A stretch of 30,925 nt of DNA from a virus. Its lineage: Duplodnaviria; Caudoviricetes. A model generated the notes under the pieces. It was given only the letters and a program-made list of their open reading frames with translations, did no database searches and was not told where the DNA came from. The stretch covers positions 1 through 30,925 of IMG/VR virus record IMGVR_UViG_3300020045_012662, one strand, 5' to 3'. This document shows positions 7,656-14,116 of this stretch, in pieces. Position numbers and translations under genes: made by a program. Position 1 is the first letter of the stretch. Each line of letters begins with the position of its first letter.

Positions 7656-7752
7656 CCACTCCCCCACGCGGCTGTTTTTGGGGTGGCGGTGGTGTTTTTG
7701 CTGGTGGGTGGTGGTTTTTTGGGGTGTGGTGTGTGCGGTGGGGGAGTGGTTG
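7653..7752. repeat. 15-bp inverted repeat enclosing an A-free G/T tract
   Basis: CAACCACTCCCCCAC (7653-7667) / GTGGGGGAGTGGTTG (7738-7752); no A on + between 7667 and 7744. Confidence 0.75.
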
Positions 7753-7853
7753 TTGATCTTGCTGTGGCGTGTCGCCAGCGTGACATGACGATTGATAGGC
7801 GCATCGTGTCTATGCTGCGGTAATCCCAACACGCGACGACAATGGAGATTGCC

Positions 7854-8597
7854 ATGAGCGAACAATTTCGGCCGGCGAAAACGTTGACAGGCTACAACTC
7901 ATCACTGTCAGTGGTCGTCCCTGCTATCCCGATCATTGGCGCTTTGGCGCTGATCGCGCCGCTTGAGCACCAATGTGGACTATCCCTAGGCATGGGGTCA
8001 TGGCATGCCTGGACAGTCACCGTGACGGTAGAGGGCGCCGCAGGCGCCTGCCTACTAGGCGGGTACCTGCGCACTGCGTCGCTGGGACTGATCGGGTCGT
8101 CTTTAATGATGGGCGCCCTGCATTCGGCTCGCCGAGCACGAGCAATCTCGGGCCGAGCACTACCCGAGCTCACACCGGACGACTGGATTATGGCTCTGTC
8201 TGTGACAGTGCTGGTGCTGTGGGCGCTGGCGCTGGCGCATGCGCTGCAGCATCGCCTGCGAGCAGCAGCCGAGCGGACGCGAGCAGATCGCGAGCACGAG
8301 CTCGCACAGGCCGAGCAAGCGCGGGCAGAGCACGAGCGGAGACTCGCGCGCGCCGAGCACGAGCGGGCAGCAGCCGAGCGCGAGCGAGCACGCGCCGAGC
8401 ACGAGCTTGCGCAGGCCGAGCAAGCACGAGCCGAGCACGAGCATCTGCGAGCAGATCGCGAGCGGCTGCGGGCGGCGGTCTGCTCGGAACCGCTCGCGTG
8501 GCCCGCTGAGCGCATCGCGGGCGTAGCCCAGGTGGCGCAGTCGCGTGCTCGCGCGCTGCGCGCACAGTGGCTCAGAGAGCAGGCTGCAGCCGCATAG
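7854..8597 (+). CDS. DUF2637/Spd-like membrane protein with coiled-coil repeats and C-terminal HTH-like segment
   Basis: About 4 hydrophobic segments, (A)EQARAEHE repeats, WPAERIAGVAQVAQSRARAL; GGAG RBS. Confidence 0.65.
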   Translation: MSEQFRPAKTLTGYNSSLSVVVPAIPIIGALALIAPLEHQCGLSLGMGSWHAWTVTVTVEGAAGACLLGGYLRTASLGLIGSSLMMGALHSARRARAISGRALPELTPDDWIMALSVTVLVLWALALAHALQHRLRAAAERTRADREHELAQAEQARAEHERRLARAEHERAAAERERARAEHELAQAEQARAEHEHLRADRERLRAAVCSEPLAWPAERIAGVAQVAQSRARALRAQWLREQAAAA

Positions 8598-8629
8598 CTA
8601 TGAACAACATTTGTTCATACGTCACCCGC

Positions 8630-8658
8630 TTGCGGATCGTATGCACAGTGTGTATATT
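8630..8658 (+). promoter_or_regulatory. SigA-type promoter for the accessory operon, overlapped by a 15-bp palindrome
   Basis: TTGCGG, 17-nt spacer, TATATT with an extended TG; ATGCACAGTGTGTAT at 8641-8655; upstream palindrome TATGAACAA-cat-TTGTTCATA (8599-8619). Confidence 0.65.
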
Positions 8659-8701
8659 TATGTGTGTCAGGAAAACAGAAACAACAACAACTGGAGAAAC
8701 A

Positions 8702-8809
8702 ATGACCGAGCAGCCAGAAACACAGCAAGAAACGCCGGAATTTGCAAGCTGCTCAGAAGCATATGGGTACGGAAAGTGCCCTGAATGCGCGGTGGAACAG
8801 AGTTGCTGA
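8702..8809 (+). CDS. 35-aa acidic Cys-rich microprotein
   Basis: GGAGA RBS; MTEQPETQQETPEFASCSEAYGYGKCPECAVEQSC. Confidence 0.5.
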   Translation: MTEQPETQQETPEFASCSEAYGYGKCPECAVEQSC

Positions 8810-8943
8810 GCGAACAACAGATAGAGGAAATACTTTTAGCGTCTTCGCGGCTAAAGGCAATTGCCGAAATAGCCAGAACGTCAATGAATGTAACTATGCG
8901 CGACGTGCGCATGGTCTGCGAGACATTGACAAGGGGTTTCTGA
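8803..8943 (+). CDS. 46-aa microprotein (not in the ORF track)
   Basis: TTG start overlapping the upstream stop; MLSEQQIEEILLASSRLKAIAEIARTSMNVTMRDVRMVCETLTRGF; fills the gap before element 1. Confidence 0.45.
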   Translation: MLSEQQIEEILLASSRLKAIAEIARTSMNVTMRDVRMVCETLTRGF

Positions 8944-8949
8944 AAGACC

Positions 8950-9012
8950 GGCCAGGTTGGACAAAACGCGGGTTCGATTCCCGCGCTGGCCACTACGCGG
9001 GAAATACCCGCG
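8950..9012 (+). ncRNA. tRNA-minihelix-like element 1 plus downstream hairpin
   Basis: GGCCAG/CTGGCC stem, CGCGGG-TTCGATT-CCCGCG T-arm, ACTA, then CGCGGG/CCCGCG hairpin. Confidence 0.65.
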
Positions 9013-9032
9013 AAAAACAAAAGGAGACAACA

Positions 9033-9590
9033 ATGATTACAGTAATACCATGCAATGAAGATAACGAGCTTGCCAACTGCACAAGCACCGGGCAACAATA
9101 CCCAGCTTTCATCAAAATCAATGTGAGGGACCGCTCTATGTGGGCGGAATACGCACCAGAAGGTGCGAGAACATTCGACGAAGACGGAAGGATTGTTCTG
9201 ACTTTTAAAATACCGCCGGTAACGGCGGACGCAGTAAACTGTGTATTGGAAGACATATCTGAGCTTGCAGAAATAATATGCAATGATGCAGTCATATGGT
9301 CCAAGGGCGATATGACAGAATACGCTAATTTTCGTGATATTGGAGCGGACGCAATTCAAGAATTGCAAGAAAAAATCGATGGAGCATTTGATAGCAGCGA
9401 TTACGTTCATTTCATCTATGAAATAGATCCGGATGATGTGAAAGACAACCTGTCTTTAGGTTACGACGGCATAGTAGACAATATTTGCGCCGGTGAGGCA
9501 GCTAATTGTGAGTCTGGCGTAGCGTTTATGCCAAATTACGTCAGATCCGAGATTTATAGGTTGTTCAAAGAGTTTATGGAAGAAAACTGA
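9033..9590 (+). CDS. Acidic hypothetical protein
   Basis: AAGGAG RBS with ATG at 9033; the track's 8742 start is unlikely. Confidence 0.7.
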   Translation: MITVIPCNEDNELANCTSTGQQYPAFIKINVRDRSMWAEYAPEGARTFDEDGRIVLTFKIPPVTADAVNCVLEDISELAEIICNDAVIWSKGDMTEYANFRDIGADAIQELQEKIDGAFDSSDYVHFIYEIDPDDVKDNLSLGYDGIVDNICAGEAANCESGVAFMPNYVRSEIYRLFKEFMEEN

Positions 9591-9597
9591 ATTTTTA

Positions 9598-9660
9598 GCC
9601 CCGGTTGGCGTAGGTGGGTTCGATTCCCGCCCGGGGCACTAGGCGGCTAATCCGGCCGCC
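9598..9660 (+). ncRNA. tRNA-minihelix-like element 2 plus downstream hairpin
   Basis: 7-bp GCCCCGG/CCGGGGC acceptor stem, GTGGG-TTCGATT-CCCGC T-arm, ACTA, then GGCGGC/GCCGCC hairpin. Confidence 0.7.
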
Positions 9661-9679
9661 ACATCGAAAGGAAAAACCA

Positions 9680-10033
9680 ATGTCTTACTTCAATTTGACT
9701 GAGCATGAGATCCACATTGTAAAAGATGGTGAGGTCGTGCTCACTATTTCCCCTGTCGGCATTGTTGCTGATGCCGAAATTTCTAGTGAGTTGGTCGACG
9801 TGGTAGACGGGGTGGAACTCCGTCAGATGACCTGCGGCGATGTAATTTTCCGCGCTGGTGGGCGCGGTGGAGCAGCTGTAGATGCCCCGAATTTTGGGGC
9901 GGATGCAATTCTGATCGCTTCCCGCACCGGCGCAGAAGCGTTGTCGCGCGCCGGGTACAAAGCCGTCTGCCCGGGTCAGCTAGTCAAGCGGGACGGGCGC
10001 CTATTGGGCGTCGAGTACTTGTCTCTGATCTGA
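9680..10033 (+). CDS. Conserved-type viral protein of unknown function (NLTxH family)
   Basis: GAAAGGA RBS; FNLTEHEI...P.G.V...I.S...PGQLV..DG..LGV pattern resembles a widespread viral family. Confidence 0.7.
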   Translation: MSYFNLTEHEIHIVKDGEVVLTISPVGIVADAEISSELVDVVDGVELRQMTCGDVIFRAGGRGGAAVDAPNFGADAILIASRTGAEALSRAGYKAVCPGQLVKRDGRLLGVEYLSLI

Positions 10034-10039
10034 AATTCC

Positions 10040-10103
10040 GCCACCGTCCGCGCAGGCGGCGTCGGTTCATGACCGGCGGTGGCACTGATCGGCAAACAAT
10101 GCC
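10040..10103 (+). ncRNA. Degenerate tRNA-minihelix-like element 3 plus downstream hairpin
   Basis: GCCACC/GGTGGC stem, GTCGG-TTCATGA-CCGGC arm, ACTG, then GGCA/TGCC hairpin. Confidence 0.5.
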
Positions 10104-10121
10104 AGAAAAGAGGAAAATTAA

Positions 10122-10393
10122 ATGAACCTGCAAGAATTGAAAGCTTTCGTTGCCCCGCGGTGAAATACGTTGATATGCGCGGAGCACGCATATCAACGGA
10201 AGACGTTGTTCGTATTTTGGATGGTAACAATCTACGGTTCTCGTACGAAATTGTCGATCCTCAGCAAGCGGAAGAGTACAAACCGTTTTATTGGTACGAC
10301 GAAAAGGATCCAAATTTTGGAAAGATGGCCATCAATACAAAGGCCGGTGGGCAAGTCGCCCAGCTATCCAAGGGAGTCTGGGTCATTCTATGA
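10122..10393 (+). CDS. Hypothetical protein split into a 13-aa ORF (10122-10163) and a 77-aa ORF (10160-10393)
   Basis: Strong AGAGGA RBS with ATG at 10122 gives MNLQELKAFVAPR*; the -1 frame continues (GTGA overlap). Confidence 0.55.
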
Positions 10394-10446
10394 CCCAGAC
10401 GGTTTGACCCCAGACCGCAGCTGGAAACAGATAGAAAAGGCGACCA

Positions 10447-10719
10447 GTGAAGATAATAAAGTCAGCGGATGCTCGCGAGATTTTTGACCTAATCCAGAAG
10501 TATGATCTCCATTCTTCCGGATTAGGAGAATGGGCTGGAAATGTTGATGGTGAGCAAGTACACGTCATCCTAATCAGCCGATTTGAGGCGCAAATGCTCA
10601 AACTAGCTAAAACAGCGGAGTCAATAGAGGGGCTTATCAGTTCCACAAAAAACGGTAGTAAAGAAAAATTGACAAGGCCCGGACTTTTAGAACGGGCAAA
10701 GAATAGCGATTGGTTTTAA
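10447..10719 (+). CDS. Hypothetical protein
   Basis: GAAAAGG RBS, GTG start, 90 aa. Confidence 0.6.
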   Translation: MKIIKSADAREIFDLIQKYDLHSSGLGEWAGNVDGEQVHVILISRFEAQMLKLAKTAESIEGLISSTKNGSKEKLTRPGLLERAKNSDWF

Positions 10720-10721
10720 TC

Positions 10722-11201
10722 ATGTTAGCGACCGCTATTACATGTTCTATATTTGCGTTGTTAATAGACTACGCAAACCCAGCAGAACGTAAATTTGATA
10801 TCCTTGCTGCCTATCTCTATGCCCCGGCAGCAATCGCGTGGGTTAGCGTATTGAATATCACCGGTATGTTTACCGGGCTAAGCCCAGTTATCAAATGGTG
10901 GGCCGGGGCAACTGGACTGCTGATAACTATTCTGCTATCAGCATCAATGTTTTTCCGTGGTTTTCCTGTCGTCCGGAAATTGATCGTACCGATTTCCGAC
11001 GCAATAACTGGGTTAGGTAGCACGCGACAGCGTGATATCAACCAGAAACTTATCATTTGCTGCTTTGCGGCAGCGCTGCTGGGCCAGATGGGCCACGGGT
11101 CGTCACTTGGATTTGTCGCTGCGATGCAGCGGCCTGTCATCGACATCGGAAACGCCGCGACCCAGAAATTGGGTCGGGAATGGCTAGGGTACCCAGGATG
11201 A
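10722..11201 (+). CDS. Multi-pass membrane protein
   Basis: About 4 hydrophobic segments; starts 2 nt after the upstream stop. Confidence 0.6.
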   Translation: MLATAITCSIFALLIDYANPAERKFDILAAYLYAPAAIAWVSVLNITGMFTGLSPVIKWWAGATGLLITILLSASMFFRGFPVVRKLIVPISDAITGLGSTRQRDINQKLIICCFAAALLGQMGHGSSLGFVAAMQRPVIDIGNAATQKLGREWLGYPG

Positions 11202-11368
11202 AATTGCTGGTTGAAATAGTTCACGAATTGCAGCTACTCGCTGCAATCGCATTCTATGGTTTTATATTCGTATGCCTGTCATTCGTATTTGGAGGGCCGA
11301 TAACAATGATTGTGGGTATGTTTAAATCAATGCTTTTGTTCACAATAACGTTTGTTGGGTATCCATGA
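11198..11368 (+). CDS. 56-aa two-TM membrane protein
   Basis: ATGA overlaps at both ends; MKLLVEIVHELQLLAAIAFYGFIFVCLSFVFGG... Confidence 0.6.
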   Translation: MKLLVEIVHELQLLAAIAFYGFIFVCLSFVFGGPITMIVGMFKSMLLFTITFVGYP

Positions 11369-11739
11369 CTGGGTGGTTGGTTTTAAGTATTTTTGTTTGG
11401 GTAATCATTGCAATAAAAACTCGGGAATCTAAGGCCCCAATTCCCGGACCGCTAAAAGCGGCTGCTATTGCTGGAAAAACAGCAATGGCAGCACGTGAGA
11501 GAAAAGCTAAGTCGGCTGCAGCGGATGATGAGCGGCCGCTGCCGAGCCGGTTTCGTCACCGGCTCGCTGAGGTAATCCTTGGCGAAGAAATCGACATCAT
11601 CGGGGCAGATTCAGGTCCGCAGGTCGCTCCAGTGGGGACTGAGAAACAGGCTCCCGAGAAATGGGAATCGGCAACCGGGGCACAGTTCATTCGTGGTGCT
11701 GACGGCTACTGGCATTCCAGTGGTGGGGAATCGGAGTAG
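11365..11739 (+). CDS. N-terminally anchored membrane protein
   Basis: MTGWLVLSIFVWVIIAI TM segment; ATGA coupling. Confidence 0.6.
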   Translation: MTGWLVLSIFVWVIIAIKTRESKAPIPGPLKAAAIAGKTAMAARERKAKSAAADDERPLPSRFRHRLAEVILGEEIDIIGADSGPQVAPVGTEKQAPEKWESATGAQFIRGADGYWHSSGGESE

Positions 11740-11742
11740 TAA

Positions 11743-12306
11743 ATGCAGACCAGAGAAAGAATCCGCTCAGAAAGCAACAATGGAGTCTGGATTACCCGTT
11801 TAGACTCGCTGATAAAGCGTGTAAACGGGAAAGCGACATACGTAGAACATACTGTTCAAACCGTTGCAGTAGACGCAAACGACCAACAAAAGGAAAACGA
11901 AATGAACAGCGGAGAAACAGTTTACAGCGGAGAAACAGTTTTCGGAAAGAAACTGTCAGAATTGCTCATCGGAAATTCAATCGTTAGAGTCGGTAAGTCG
12001 ACTCTAACACTAGAAAACGGAAAAGTTTTGCAAATTAAAACGGACACGAACATGTGTCTGTGCGGAAATGGTAAGTTCAATATAACCGGAATCAATTGTT
12101 CAGGAGGAATAATCGATTCCGTAGAAACAGAACTAAAAGAAACAGTTCGTGAGGATGCAACAGAAGAAGATTCGGAGTATAGAATCTTCGTGAAGAGTGG
12201 CGGCACTAAAAGAATGATATTGGAAGTGAAAGGATTCTACGGTCAATACACCGAGTGCCCGCATGGGCCTGCATATGAAATCACGGTGAGCGAAGAAAAT
12301 GGATGA
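11743..12306 (+). CDS. Hypothetical actinophage protein (alternative internal start at 11902)
   Basis: TLTLENGKVL...C.C.NG...YRIFV pattern; RBS before both 11743 and 11902. Confidence 0.65.
   Translation: MQTRERIRSESNNGVWITRLDSLIKRVNGKATYVEHTVQTVAVDANDQQKENEMNSGETVYSGETVFGKKLSELLIGNSIVRVGKSTLTLENGKVLQIKTDTNMCLCGNGKFNITGINCSGGIIDSVETELKETVREDATEEDSEYRIFVKSGGTKRMILEVKGFYGQYTECPHGPAYEITVSEENG
11906..11941 (+). repeat. 18-bp perfect tandem duplication
   Basis: ACAGCGGAGAAACAGTTT x2 (SGETV repeated). Confidence 0.85.
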
Positions 12307-12415
12307 ATGGAATTACGACGAAATTGTTGATCGAATGATAAAAGATTTTTCGATGACGCGTGAGGAGGTTGAATCAGGGCTTGCTGGTTTAGGGATAGTA
12401 AGGGCCGCCAAGTGA
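12299..12415 (+). CDS. 38-aa microprotein (not in the ORF track)
   Basis: MDEWNYDEIVDRMIKDFSMTREEVESGLAGLGIVRAAK; overlaps the upstream stop and ends at the terminator. Confidence 0.5.
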   Translation: MDEWNYDEIVDRMIKDFSMTREEVESGLAGLGIVRAAK

Positions 12416-12457
12416 AAATGGATTGCCGCGCTTACCCGAGCGTGGCAATCCGTTTTT
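12415..12457 (+). terminator. Rho-independent terminator of the accessory operon (possibly bidirectional)
   Basis: AAAAT-GGATTGCCGCGCT / AGCGTGGCAATCC-GTTTTT. Confidence 0.8.
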
Positions 12458-12468
12458 GTATGGCGCAG

Positions 12469-12519
12469 AAATAGGCTCCACTGCTGGTAGGCCGGACCTA
12501 CCGCAGTGGAGCCTATTTT
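12469..12519. terminator. Second long hairpin at the operon convergence (bidirectional terminator)
   Basis: AAATAGGCTCCACTGC(T)GGTAGG / CCTACCGCAGTGGAGCCTATTT. Confidence 0.8.
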
Positions 12520-12571
12520 GACTCCGATGGTCAAGGCGTGCACTGGCATGCATCGCGGTCGGGATCAGTAG

Positions 12572-13450
12572 TTATTGTAGCGCCTGACGCATGCGTGCTG
12601 CCCATAGGGCGATGTCGGTTTGTGTCTCGGACCATAGGTAGGCGCCTGAGATTGAGGGCCATGCGGCGCGGATCGCGGCCATGTGTGCGGCGCAGGTGTC
12701 GAGTGTCCAATGCCGTTCGTCATTGCCGATCATCATGCCGACTTGCGTGATTTCCGCAGGGATGCCTGCTGCGATTGATTCGCGGATGCGGCCTGTTGCG
12801 GCGGTTAGTGATACTGGGGCATCGTAAAATTGTTGTCCCCATGCAGCTAGTAGGCTGCGCTTGTGCAATTGCACGCCCACCGGCAAATATTGCCCGACGT
12901 TTGAGCCGTTGGGTGCCATGGTGACCATGGTCCCGATGGTGTCGTGTAGCTGCTGCGATATCGCGATGACATCAGCAGCGTTGAGCGCGCTGGACTCAAT
13001 GTCCCAGTCGATGCGGTCGATGCCGATGTCCTTATGTATTGCCACGATCGCGTTGCAGAACGTGCTGTGGTTGCTGAGGTCTACGCGCCCGCCTGCTCCG
13101 CCAATGCTTACGCTGATGGCTACTCCGCGTGAGCGCAGTGTGGCGCAGTCTGCGATGACTTGCTCGCGTGTTTGTGAGCCCCAGCCTACGAGTAGCGGGG
13201 GTGAGCCCTGTGCGAAGGCTAGCCTTACTTCGGTGACGTCTGTGCCCATGCTCGCTGCTAGACCAGCGTATTTGCTGGTGCGCCACATTTTTCGGTACGC
13301 GCTGATCTGGCGTGGCCATGCGCCTACTGCCACGGGTGGCACGGTGACTACTGGTGCAAGTTTTTCTGCCGGCAATAATGTTGCACTAGTAATAGTGATG
13401 CGTGATCCGTCACTGCCAGTGAGCGTACCCGAGTAGGTGGTGCTGCTCAC
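12572..13450 (-). CDS. Glycoside hydrolase family 18 (chitinase-like)
   Basis: SIGG motif (VSIGGAGG), catalytic DxxDxDxE (DRIDWDIE), QFY and a late W (GAYLWS). Confidence 0.85.
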   Translation of the reverse strand: MSSTTYSGTLTGSDGSRITITSATLLPAEKLAPVVTVPPVAVGAWPRQISAYRKMWRTSKYAGLAASMGTDVTEVRLAFAQGSPPLLVGWGSQTREQVIADCATLRSRGVAISVSIGGAGGRVDLSNHSTFCNAIVAIHKDIGIDRIDWDIESSALNAADVIAISQQLHDTIGTMVTMAPNGSNVGQYLPVGVQLHKRSLLAAWGQQFYDAPVSLTAATGRIRESIAAGIPAEITQVGMMIGNDERHWTLDTCAAHMAAIRAAWPSISGAYLWSETQTDIALWAARMRQALQ

Positions 13451-14112
13451 GACACGTCACCACAGGGTGAGCTCACCGGTGCAGGCGCACTCGATACAGC
13501 GATGCCGTCTACGGTGGCGACTACTCGCACCATGTCCCAGGTGGGGCGTCCTGTGATATCAGCGCGTAGGTATCCCTCGCTGCGCTGCGTGTCGGTGACC
13601 TGTCCCCATGTGCCGCCTGGTGCGGCGCCATTGCCGACGTAGCGGACCTGCAGGGCACCGCCCCATGAGTCACCGATCAAGTCCCAGCTGGCGCCGCGCC
13701 GCTCTTGGTACCCGTAGTGCGCGATGATGTCGCCCTGCTCATAGCAGGTGCTGGTGATGCCGAGCCAGATCACGCGGCGCGGGTCCTGCGCGGTAGCGCG
13801 AGCCGCGGCGGTTGTTGCTGCAGCTATGAGCGCCCCCGCCATGACCGCCACTAGTGCCGCAAAAACAACACGCACTGATCCTCGCTCGTCTGCGCGATGC
13901 CTGCCAGCACCTACCCCGTACTCGCTGGTCAGCGGCGTGAGCACTAGCAAAATCTGTGCGATTAGTGCGCCGAGTAGTGGCCCCAGTGGGGGGTGCTGGG
14001 CCAGCCATGGTCCGAGTATCGGCATGGCGTCCTGTGCGGCCCAGGTGATGACTGCGCCGCCGAGTAGAACGAGCAAGTCCCGCACAATTGGCGGGACTTT
14101 AGTCCCAATCAT
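13447..14112 (-). CDS. Holin-like membrane protein fused to a third hydrophobic segment and an extracytoplasmic beta domain
   Basis: Two TMs ending LTPLTSEYGVG, then GRHRA, a hydrophobic/AxA segment and a ~115-aa domain with two Cys; in the lysis cassette. Confidence 0.55.
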   Translation of the reverse strand: MIGTKVPPIVRDLLVLLGGAVITWAAQDAMPILGPWLAQHPPLGPLLGALIAQILLVLTPLTSEYGVGAGRHRADERGSVRVVFAALVAVMAGALIAAATTAAARATAQDPRRVIWLGITSTCYEQGDIIAHYGYQERRGASWDLIGDSWGGALQVRYVGNGAAPGGTWGQVTDTQRSEGYLRADITGRPTWDMVRVVATVDGIAVSSAPAPVSSPCGDVS

Positions 14113-14116
14113 GTGA

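Noticed and set aside
8270-8470. GAGCACGAG/GCCGAGC repeats as a CRISPR array or DGR repeat
   Set aside because: They are in-frame coiled-coil coding repeats without unique spacers; no cas or reverse transcriptase gene is present and differences are not A-specific.
8599-8619. Palindrome TATGAACAA-cat-TTGTTCATA as a LexA/SOS box
   Set aside because: The actinobacterial box is TCGAAC-N4-GTTCGA; here the spacer is N7 and the flanks differ. Kept only as a possible operator or small hairpin.
8742-9032. 97-aa N-terminal extension of the 8742-9590 ORF (and 22 aa of 9614-10033)
   Set aside because: The extensions run through the structured RNA elements, and strong RBSs support starts at 9033 and 9680.
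8950-9641. GGTTCGATTCC motifs as real tRNA genes or as an attP core
   Set aside because: Only 9-11 nt separate the acceptor 5' strand from the T-arm, so there is no D-arm or anticodon arm. Each copy has its own complementary 5' strand and no integrase is nearby, which does not fit a single attP.
10122-10136. MNLQE start identical to the major capsid N-terminus
   Set aside because: Only five residues, with different codons; probably chance.
10395-10424. Hairpin containing GGTTTGACCCC as a fourth mini-tRNA element
   Set aside because: The best pairing (CGGTTTG/CAGACCG) buries the would-be T-loop, and there is no ACT end or following hairpin.
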